From positions 10,803 to 74,802 of the forward strand of contig JAGYMZ010000004.1 of the NCBI GenBank assembly GCA_018400295.1: a stretch of 64,000 bases of DNA. Reading direction: 5' to 3'. This DNA is from Bacteroidales bacterium (lineage in GTDB: Bacteria > Bacteroidota > Bacteroidia > Bacteroidales > B18-G4). Positions within the stretch are counted from its first letter, which is position 1. Every line of letters begins with the position of its first letter. Below, piece after piece: positions 1-7,817 of the stretch. The notes under the pieces were generated by a model. That model did not search any database. It worked only from the letters and a program-made list of their open reading frames with translations, and was not told where the DNA came from. The translations under genes and the position numbers were made by a program.

Positions 1-430
1 CATCGATGACAAAAACCAGGGAGGGGCCCGGTAGTTTTTTTATATGGGAAGCCAGTATACGGGCTGATCGCTCCAGCAGGTCCCTGCGAAAGGCTTTGCC
101 GTGGATTTCGGAAGCATCCCGGAGCAATCCGTCGGCAGACAGATACACGGTGTTGCCGTTCAGGTAGGATCCGATGGTCAACATAACGTTCAGGGCATCG
201 ATAAACAAGCGGGCCTTTTCTGGTATGGACCCTGCCAGCAGCTTTTCCCGGCGTTTTCTGGCTTCACCGGGTGTGGCAATGCCCCTGTACAGCATGGTGC
301 GCTGTGTGCCGCTCAGGGCATACCGGTCGCCCACCAGTTTATGTACGGATTTTTCCGGGTAGCCCTTCTCCAAAAGATGGCGGTAATCCCCGGCTGCTTC
401 GCGGAATGATTTGGACAGGAGGGTATGCAT
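1..430 (-). CDS. DUF434-like protein, N-terminal part; the gene runs off the left edge
   Basis: My own minus-strand translation from the ATG at 430 reads MHTLLSKSFREAAGDYRHLLEKGYPEKSVHKLVGDRYALSGTQRTMLYRG... with no stop down to position 1. It is absent from the ORF track because it is open-ended. The family name is a recollection of the LL.KGY...LVGDRY.L motif. Confidence 0.45.
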   Translation of the reverse strand, partial: MHTLLSKSFREAAGDYRHLLEKGYPEKSVHKLVGDRYALSGTQRTMLYRGIATPGEARKRREKLLAGSIPEKARLFIDALNVMLTIGSYLNGNTVYLSADGLLRDASEIHGKAFRRDLLERSARILASHIKKLPGPSLVFVID

Positions 431-469
431 AATTTTTGTGTTTCAATGAGCCATTCCATCGTTCAACCT

Positions 470-1681
470 TCACGGGTCCCGGCTTTCCCTTTGCTGCTTC
501 ACCGCTTCCATCACCCTCAGCAGGTTCCCTCCCCAGATTTTGCGAACATCTTCTTCAGTATATCCCCTGTCCACCAGTTCTTTGGTTATATTGGGCAGCT
601 GGCTGACATCACGGCAGTCGGCCAGTCCGCCACCCCCGTCGAAATCGGTCCCGATACCGACATGGTCTATGCCGGCTACTTCCACAATATGGTCGATGTG
701 GTCCACGGCATCCGCAATGGTCGCCAGCTTGCGGGGGGCGATGGAATCGATGGCATACCATTCTTTCCGTGCGCTTTTCCATTCTTCTTCGGTCAGGTCT
801 TTGAAGTAGCGGTATTTTTTCCGGACGGTTTGCTGCAGACTGTCCCTCAGGTGGTTTGGTTCCCGTTCTTTCACATAATTGCTGAGAATGCAGAGTTGTA
901 TAACACCGTTGTTGCCGGCGAGCGTACGCAGCATACTGTCGGTCAGGTTGCGCGGGTTGTCGCAAATGGTCCGGGCGCAGGAGTGGGATGCGATGACGGG
1001 GGCTTCGGAGATCCGTATCACATCGTAAAAGCTGCTGTCGGAAATATGGGATACATCGATCATCATGCCCAGCCGGTTCATTTCTTTGACCATTTCCACA
1101 CCGAAGTCTGACAAGCCATTGTGAAGCGTCGTGTCGGTGGACGAATCACAGATCTGGTTGTTGCGTGTGTGGCAAAGGGTGATGTAGCGGGCCCCGCGTT
1201 GGTAGAACGTTTGTATGTTTCCGAGGTCTGTGCCCACGGGGTATCCGTTTTCAATCCCGATGAACAGGGAACGCTTGTTTTCCTTTTCCAGCCGGAGCCC
1301 GTCTTCAGGGGAAAGGGCAATGCCGGCACGATGCCCATACCGGTCGGCCACAGCATAAATGGAATCCAGAATGCGCATGCTGTAATCCCAGGCGGTTTTA
1401 TACCCTTCGGTTGTCATCTCCCGTTGCCCCAGAAAAACGGCCAGGAATACGCCATCCAGACCGCCCTCTTCCATCCTGGGAAGGTCGACGCAACTGCGGT
1501 CTTTGACAGGATCATGCCGTTCACCGAAATGGAATTCCGATCGCACGAAGCGCAATGGGGTATCCGTATGGGAGTCTATGGTATAAACCGCGTTGTGGAT
1601 CGTCATGAAATCTTTTGGTTCCTTCTGGGTGCAGGATATCATTGCAGTTGCCAGCAGGAGCAGAAGGGCATTCTTTTTCAT
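470..1681 (-). CDS. Membrane dipeptidase (peptidase M19 family), lipoprotein-type signal
   Basis: M19 hallmarks are present: HTDTPLRF, DVSHISD, ASHSCAR, HVGIGTDFDGGGG. Start placed at the internal Met of MKKNALLLLLATAMISC (cat at 1679-1681); the ORF maximum is 1729. Confidence 0.85.
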   Translation of the reverse strand: MKKNALLLLLATAMISCTQKEPKDFMTIHNAVYTIDSHTDTPLRFVRSEFHFGERHDPVKDRSCVDLPRMEEGGLDGVFLAVFLGQREMTTEGYKTAWDYSMRILDSIYAVADRYGHRAGIALSPEDGLRLEKENKRSLFIGIENGYPVGTDLGNIQTFYQRGARYITLCHTRNNQICDSSTDTTLHNGLSDFGVEMVKEMNRLGMMIDVSHISDSSFYDVIRISEAPVIASHSCARTICDNPRNLTDSMLRTLAGNNGVIQLCILSNYVKEREPNHLRDSLQQTVRKKYRYFKDLTEEEWKSARKEWYAIDSIAPRKLATIADAVDHIDHIVEVAGIDHVGIGTDFDGGGGLADCRDVSQLPNITKELVDRGYTEEDVRKIWGGNLLRVMEAVKQQRESRDP

Positions 1682-1765
1682 AATGCAGGTATTTTTTGTT
1701 TGACCGGTTTTGCGGTTGTAAAAATACATAAATGCAATAAATATGTCCGGCTGGATTTACGGATG

Positions 1766-2530
1766 TCATTTTAGCGTGTATAGTTTGCTGTTGCCCATAT
1801 CCAACAGGAAAAGCTTATCAAAATCCGTACGGATGTCCCATTTCCCGATCTTATTGTCTATGTTCAATCCCATGGTGCGGTCCAGCCAGTCAATAACAAC
1901 GATCAACCAATACTGATCATGGTTGCCGGATTGGTATAAGGGCAGCTTTTTTTCTTTGGGCTGCAGGGCGGATTGCAGGGTCTCCGCGTGAAGGTCGGGT
2001 ATCTGGTATCCCTCTTTACTTTCAAAGCGTATCTTTTGGAACAGGTGATGGTGATAGAGCAGGACGATGTCGGTACCCTCAGGCAATCCTTTCTCCACCC
2101 GGAGCGGAAAGATGTCTCCGGGCCGCCGCCCAAGCATGCGGCGGAACAGCATGCTGGTGATGCATTGTGCATAAGGTCTGACCTGGTTTTTTGGGATTGT
2201 CAGTTCTTTATTATAGTAGATCTCAGCCCAGACAGGCATGCCCTCAAAGTACCGGTAATGGTTTTCCACTTCCTGGGTTACCTGGTTTTGGACATCCCGT
2301 TTTTTTTGCGGGGTTTTTATTTTTGGATGTGCACTGTCAGGGAGGAGCCGGGTGATCTCTATGCCGGTGGATATTTTTCTGCTGGTTTGCAGGATGAAGT
2401 CCGGCGATTCTGATTTCCGGAGCTTTCCCCCGGGAAAATCCGGGTACAGCATACGGAATAGGTCGATGGCGAGGTGTTCCTGTATGGTTTTGATATTCCC
2501 GGCCATAGGCAACGAATGCTTTTTGCCCAA
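1766..2530 (-). CDS. Hypothetical protein with weak PD-(D/E)xK-like motif
   Basis: Uninterrupted 254-aa ORF in a gap between flanking genes. Contains ESPDFIL...GIEITR, which only loosely resembles a PD-ExK nuclease core. No other recognisable motif. Confidence 0.5.
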   Translation of the reverse strand: MGKKHSLPMAGNIKTIQEHLAIDLFRMLYPDFPGGKLRKSESPDFILQTSRKISTGIEITRLLPDSAHPKIKTPQKKRDVQNQVTQEVENHYRYFEGMPVWAEIYYNKELTIPKNQVRPYAQCITSMLFRRMLGRRPGDIFPLRVEKGLPEGTDIVLLYHHHLFQKIRFESKEGYQIPDLHAETLQSALQPKEKKLPLYQSGNHDQYWLIVVIDWLDRTMGLNIDNKIGKWDIRTDFDKLFLLDMGNSKLYTLK

Positions 2531-2604
2531 AAATAAGGAAACTGTGGCAGGCAGGACATATTTTTTCTATATTTGGTATCCGTGACCAGTTTGTCCGTAA
2601 AGCC

Positions 2605-3021
2605 ATGAAAATTCTGATCATCAACGGCCCCAATCTTAATTTCACCGGAAAGCGTGAAACCACTGTATATGGGACGGTTTCCTTTGAGGAGTACCTGAAA
2701 AAGCTGCAACAGCGCTACGCAAAAGCCCGGATCGATTATTTCCAGAGCAACATTGAAGGTGAGATCATCGATGCCCTGCAAAAGGCGGGTTTTTTGTATG
2801 ACGGCATTATACTGAATGCCGGTGGATATACGCATTCTTCAGTGTCCATCGGGGACGCAGTAAAACTCATTGATCCCCCGGTAGTTGAAGTGCATATCTC
2901 CAATATATACGGCCGGGAAAGCTACCGTCATACTTCCCTGATCGCTCCGCATGCCCGGGGGGTTGTTATTGGTTTCGGCCTGAGCGCTTATCGCCTTGCC
3001 CTGGAAAGTTTCCTGGAGTGA
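2605..3021 (+). CDS. aroQ: Type II 3-dehydroquinate dehydratase
   Basis: MKILIINGPNLN...GTVSFEE...NAGGYTHSSV...EVHISNIY.RE..RH.S is the classic AroQ pattern, and the size is typical at 138 aa. Confidence 0.95.
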   Translation: MKILIINGPNLNFTGKRETTVYGTVSFEEYLKKLQQRYAKARIDYFQSNIEGEIIDALQKAGFLYDGIILNAGGYTHSSVSIGDAVKLIDPPVVEVHISNIYGRESYRHTSLIAPHARGVVIGFGLSAYRLALESFLE

Positions 3022-3621
3022 TCAGTTGCCGGTGGAATCGATAACGTCCGGCGGGGGTTGGCGCTGATCCTTCTGGGTAAGCACATAGTTAAAAAGTCCT
3101 TTGAGGTCCAGGGTGTTATCGGAATTCAATTCAACGGTATAGGCCATGCCGGCCTCCACCTCAATGGGCAGGCACCAGCAAACAAAAAACTGCCCGAAGT
3201 ACGTGACCTTCGTGGTTACCCAGAATTTCCCTTCCATATCGGGTGATGTATACAGGATATTTCCGTCGGCCTGGTTGGAAATGTTGATGACATCAAAGCC
3301 CGAAACGTCGTTGAAGATATAATCCCAGTAATAGGTCATCATAGAGGTTGCTTCGCCCACAGCCGCTTCCTGGTTGGGCATCTGCGAGAGGCGCTTGCTT
3401 ATGAACGCCTTGTTTTTGTTGACGACGTTGTCATAAATTTGAAAGGGATTGTTCTCGTAAATGGCCATTTGAACCACCAGCGGGACGGTATCCGGGAAAT
3501 TCAGTCCGATGTTGACTTTGGTTACCGGTGCTTCCTGCTGTTCCCCTTCCTGCGGGTCTTGTGCTTTAATGCAAGGTGCTGCTATTAAAATGGTCAATAC
3601 AAACAGTATGCTTTTCGTCAT
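3022..3621 (-). CDS. Hypothetical secreted protein
   Basis: ORF with the signal peptide MTKSILFVLTILIAAPCIKAQ at an internal Met (cat at 3619-3621). The upstream part of the ORF (to 3756) looks non-coding. No recognised family. Confidence 0.55.
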   Translation of the reverse strand: MTKSILFVLTILIAAPCIKAQDPQEGEQQEAPVTKVNIGLNFPDTVPLVVQMAIYENNPFQIYDNVVNKNKAFISKRLSQMPNQEAAVGEATSMMTYYWDYIFNDVSGFDVINISNQADGNILYTSPDMEGKFWVTTKVTYFGQFFVCWCLPIEVEAGMAYTVELNSDNTLDLKGLFNYVLTQKDQRQPPPDVIDSTGN

Positions 3622-3850
3622 AATATATTGGGTTTCTGTTTTCTTTGTATTGCGTTCCATGCCTGTGACCGCTTGCAGGAGCAAGGGCTCCGTTCTCCCG
3701 TCTTCTCTCGTCCGGCATCCTGTCCCTGTGTCGTCCGGCACGGGACCGCCCCTCACATATCCCTAAATGATCGGTAAAGATAAAAATTAAAATAAAACAT
3801 AAGGAACGAAATTATGATTCATCTGGAACCGATCATTAAGCAAAATGGTT

Positions 3851-4870
3851 TCAGGAGAATTTTCCAGGGTTCAGTTGTGTAAACCGCTTTTTTCTGCGGA
3901 TAAAATATTCCAGTGCAATGTTCCCTCTGTATATTTCCGTTGCTTTTTTCTGGTCGAGGGCTTTCCTTTTCTTCCTGTGTTTGCCGGCTGATCCGTAAAA
4001 ACTGATGTATGCACGGATCACTGCGATAAAGTCGCTGAAGTGACCTTCAAGCAGGAATTTCCCGGAAGCGATGATATCCAGGAAGAACCGGGCAACAAAT
4101 ACTTTTATCAGGCGGTGGGAGGGAAGGTTTTTATAAAGCAGGGACATGTTGTTGCGGAAATTCAAATACGTTTTCCGGGCCGAGCTTTTTGGCAGCGTTC
4201 CACCTCCAACGTGATACACGGTGGACGATGGGCATACCCGTATCCGGTATCCCAGGTTCTTCATCCTCCAGCAAAAGTCGATCTCTTCCATATGGGCAAA
4301 GAAGTCTCCATCCAGTCCGCCATGTTCCCTGTACAGGTCTGCCCGCACAAACAGGCAGGCCCCGGTGGCCCAGAAAATATCCCTTTCCGTGTCGTATTGC
4401 CCCCTGTCTTCCTCCAGGGCCAGGAAAAGGCGTCCCCGGCAAAAGGGATACCCGTATTTATCTATGAAACCTCCGGATGCCCCGGCGTATTCGAAGTGCT
4501 TTTTATTATGGTAGGACAGGACCTTGGGTTGGCAGGCGGCAATGCGGTCGTCCTTTTCCATACATTCCACCACGGGTGCGATCCAGCCGGGCGTTACCTC
4601 AATGTCGGAATTCAGCAATACATAATACTTTGCCTCCACACGGGCCAGGGCCCGGTTGTATCCTTCTGCAAAGCCGTAATTCCGGTCGTTCCTGATGACC
4701 CTGACTTCCGGGTAATGTGTGGCCATGAATTCCAGTGAACCATCGTCCGAGGCATTGTCCGCTACGATGACCGTTGCCGTGTCGCGACTGTTTTCCAATA
4801 CGCCGGGAAGGAATTTTTCCAGGAATCGTTTCCCGTTCCAGTTCAGTATGACAACCGCTGTCTTTTTCAA
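3851..4870 (-). CDS. Glycosyltransferase family 2
   Basis: N-terminal VVILNWNG...VADNASDDGS...NYGFAEGYN and LLNSDIEV match the GT2 (rhamnosyltransferase-like) pattern. Confidence 0.85.
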   Translation of the reverse strand: MKKTAVVILNWNGKRFLEKFLPGVLENSRDTATVIVADNASDDGSLEFMATHYPEVRVIRNDRNYGFAEGYNRALARVEAKYYVLLNSDIEVTPGWIAPVVECMEKDDRIAACQPKVLSYHNKKHFEYAGASGGFIDKYGYPFCRGRLFLALEEDRGQYDTERDIFWATGACLFVRADLYREHGGLDGDFFAHMEEIDFCWRMKNLGYRIRVCPSSTVYHVGGGTLPKSSARKTYLNFRNNMSLLYKNLPSHRLIKVFVARFFLDIIASGKFLLEGHFSDFIAVIRAYISFYGSAGKHRKKRKALDQKKATEIYRGNIALEYFIRRKKRFTQLNPGKFS

Positions 4871-4922
4871 TAATGTATTGTTATCGGATTACTATTGTCC
4901 TTTGCGCTTTTCATTCCCCGCT

Positions 4923-5792
4923 TCAATCCCGTTTGTGCTTCCACCTCCGATGCGACCACAACCAGTTGTCCGGGTTGCGCCGTATCGCCTCTTCGAGTAA
5001 AGTTACATATTTTTCTGTTATCTCGTATTTTCCGGTTTCTTTTGGGCTTTCTGTGACGGGGTGAAATCTCCCGACATAATGTCCTCGCTTTACCCTGATA
5101 ATTTCCATGAAAACAACGCCCATGTCAAGGGTGCGGGCAATTTTTTCGATTCCCATGAAAAAGGGCGTGTCCTGGTTCAGGAAAGTGGTCCAGTAGTTGA
5201 TCTCATCCCGTGTTGGGGTTTGGTCGGCTGCGAAAACATTGACCGTAAGATCATTTTTACGCCGCACCAGCGTACGGAAGGTTTCCTTGAAAGGGATGAC
5301 GCTTTCGGGGTTATGCCGGGTCCGAAGCCGGGTTATGTAAGCCTGGAAACGTTTGTCTGAGAGCGGTTTTACCACGGCATACCCCTTGGCTGTTGTCATG
5401 GGTCCAAGGGTATTGCCCATCCACTCCCAGTTCCCGCAATGGCCGATGGTCAGTATAACGCTTTTATTTTGCCCAAGGATGTTCTGCAACAGTTCCATGT
5501 TTTCAAAATGGAAGCGGTCCATGAGCTGGGCGGTTTTCATTTGCTGAAGCTTGATCACTTCCAGGATAATGTCTCCGAGGTTACGGTAATACTGACGTGC
5601 GATGGCCCTGATCTCGCGGGCGGATTTTTCCGGGAATGCATTGTGCAGGTTCGTGTAAACGACGGACTTCCTGTAGCGGACCACCCGGTGCAGCAAAAAA
5701 GCCAGTCCATTTGAAAAACCATACAGCATCCTGAAAGGAAGCCTGGCCAACAAGCCGGCCGCACCGATGAATACATAATACACTACAGCCAT
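4923..5792 (-). CDS. Lipid A biosynthesis / lysophospholipid acyltransferase (LpxL/HtrB family)
   Basis: 289 aa with an N-terminal membrane anchor, the HCGNWEW (H-x4-E/D type) acyltransferase motif, and a C-terminal NPDNWLWSHRRWK typical of the HtrB family. Confidence 0.8.
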   Translation of the reverse strand: MAVVYYVFIGAAGLLARLPFRMLYGFSNGLAFLLHRVVRYRKSVVYTNLHNAFPEKSAREIRAIARQYYRNLGDIILEVIKLQQMKTAQLMDRFHFENMELLQNILGQNKSVILTIGHCGNWEWMGNTLGPMTTAKGYAVVKPLSDKRFQAYITRLRTRHNPESVIPFKETFRTLVRRKNDLTVNVFAADQTPTRDEINYWTTFLNQDTPFFMGIEKIARTLDMGVVFMEIIRVKRGHYVGRFHPVTESPKETGKYEITEKYVTLLEEAIRRNPDNWLWSHRRWKHKRD

Positions 5793-5857
5793 GCCTGTGA
5801 AGAATTAACCATACATCCTTTTCTGCAAAAATAGGGTTTAATTCAGGAATGTGAAAT

Positions 5858-7333
5858 TTAATGGGGATTATCGTAATAATCATTGACTTTACTGCCCCAG
5901 GTATCCGGATACCTGCCAATATCGATGTTGTCCGGATCGTAGGTCCGGCGGTGGATCTGCACCTGCCAACGGTAATTGGACGGTTCTCCGATGGCATCGG
6001 AATGCACCAGGCGGAAATTGTTGGTCACGATATCTTCGGTATAAAAAACGAACTTTTTATTGCGCTGGTTGTTGTTCAGCACATAATACTGCCAGATTTC
6101 ATAAGGGTAGGCGGCCGGCTCGTTATAGCTTTCCGAGATAATGTTGGGCGGACCATATTTCAGGTAAATTTGACCGCGGTCGGTCCGGTAGCCTTGGGTA
6201 TTGGGTGTTTTATATAATTCATTTACCTTTTCCACCTGGGTAAGATAGGACTCCCAGGCCTTTTCGGGGTTCCCGTTATCGCGTGTACGCCAAAAGTTCA
6301 AAAAGAAACGCTGCATGTTTTCCAGACCCGCTTCATCCAGCTGCCGGTCGATGAACAAACGTTCTATTTCCGTGGAGATGGGTGTGAGGAAACGGATGTA
6401 TTGGGCGAGGGTGTCGCGACTGGTATATTTGCCTGCGAAGGTGTTGTCCAGACTGATGGCGGCCAGGTCGGAGAGGTCGTATTCGATCTCCGGGTTGCTT
6501 CGCTGAAAAAACAGCTGGTTTTGCGTTACAAGCTTATTTTCATGGTCGCGGACTTCCAGGATCAGGTTGTAATTTCCCGATGGAAGGGAAGAAATGTCGA
6601 ATTCCCCCAGGATAGCCACCACTTCGTTGGTGGATTCGCGGCGGGCCCGGATGAATTTGGAGAGTTGCTGCCGTGTTTCAAAGGATTCAATGTAATATTT
6701 CAGGAGAAATTTGCTGTCCGCACCGAAATGTTTGTCGGAGTTGTAAATCTCTGCATAAAACTTCATCGTACCGGCAGATTCCGGATAAAAGTCCATTACC
6801 TGGGGTATGATGTCGTAACCGCCTTTTGTAAGGATGTTGGGCGCTTCCGTTTTTTTTATGGATTCCACCAGCTCAATCCCGGAGATGGATAGCTGACCGG
6901 GAGGGAAATCGATGGCCAGGGGTTGTGTGGTGATGTATGGCTTGATATCCCGGTTCTGATCGGATATGATGATCTCCATATCGTATTTACCGTTGGCCAG
7001 CGGATAACGCTGCTGGTCCAGGAAATTAAAGTTGATGTCTGTAGTATCGGCCACTTCAGGACTCAGCACTTCGTACTTGGCAAAATTGACGATTTCTTCC
7101 TGTTGCCGGAAAATTATGGTAATGGCAATGCTGCCCCGGTATTTACCATTTTCCTGTTTGACGAGTTTGATGGAATTGCCAGCCACCGAAAGATAGGTTT
7201 CCACATACGGGCCGTCTGCGGGTGAGTAGAACGTAGTGTAATACATAAAAGCCTGAAGCTTTTGATTCTGAGCATTCAGCGCACCGGTCCAAAAAATGGT
7301 GAGAAGGATCAAAAGTACGGTTGTCTTTTTCAT
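5858..7333 (-). CDS. GWxTD domain-containing secreted protein
   Basis: Signal peptide MKKTTVLLILLTIFWTGALNAQ. The C-terminal region carries GYRTDRGQIYLKYGPP...YPYEIWQY, the GWxTD-domain signature. Confidence 0.8.
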   Translation of the reverse strand: MKKTTVLLILLTIFWTGALNAQNQKLQAFMYYTTFYSPADGPYVETYLSVAGNSIKLVKQENGKYRGSIAITIIFRQQEEIVNFAKYEVLSPEVADTTDINFNFLDQQRYPLANGKYDMEIIISDQNRDIKPYITTQPLAIDFPPGQLSISGIELVESIKKTEAPNILTKGGYDIIPQVMDFYPESAGTMKFYAEIYNSDKHFGADSKFLLKYYIESFETRQQLSKFIRARRESTNEVVAILGEFDISSLPSGNYNLILEVRDHENKLVTQNQLFFQRSNPEIEYDLSDLAAISLDNTFAGKYTSRDTLAQYIRFLTPISTEIERLFIDRQLDEAGLENMQRFFLNFWRTRDNGNPEKAWESYLTQVEKVNELYKTPNTQGYRTDRGQIYLKYGPPNIISESYNEPAAYPYEIWQYYVLNNNQRNKKFVFYTEDIVTNNFRLVHSDAIGEPSNYRWQVQIHRRTYDPDNIDIGRYPDTWGSKVNDYYDNPH

Positions 7334-7605
7334 ATATAAGGTAGGTTAAGGTTTGGAAATCATTCAGTCGTATTACCCAAACAAAATTAATCAAAAACCG
7401 TTCCAAGTCAAGATAAAATCAGTTAACGGTTTTACAGGGACAGTTAAAGGCAGGGGAGGGCTTTTTTTGGAATGGGTACTTGGGTGGTTGTGCTGTGGAA
7501 TGACCGGTCGGATAAAAACGGGAAAGGACAGGGCAGCGCTTGATGTTGACGGGGCAATGATGGGGGATCTTGCATCCCGGTATCCCGTCCACCGGATAAA
7601 AAAAG

Positions 7606-7693
7606 CGGAGGAAGAGGGATTCGAACCCCCGGACCCCGCGAAGGGTCAACGGTTTTCAAGACCGCCGCATTCGACCGCTCTGCCATTCCTCCG
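7606..7693 (-). tRNA. tRNA-Ser (anticodon TGA)
   Basis: The reverse complement reads GGAGGAATGGCAGAGCGGTCGAATGC...GGT CTTGAAA ACC... with a long variable arm, GGTTCGAATCC T-loop, a 7-bp acceptor stem GGAGGAA/TTCCTCC and discriminator G. No encoded CCA. Confidence 0.9.
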
Positions 7694-7817
7694 CTGCAAA
7701 AATATAAAAAATTCGGAACGGCAACATATTTCAGGAATAAAACCGGGGTAAAAAGGATGGGCAGACTGCAACACATTGCGATCAGCAGGGACCGGTCTGT
7801 GTTTTTGTGGATGATCA

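Noticed and set aside
7386-7430. Hairpin AAAACCGTT...AACGGTTTT downstream of tRNA-Ser(TGA) as a terminator
   Set aside because: The loop is 22 nt, so the structure is weak. I cannot support it as a functional terminator from sequence alone.
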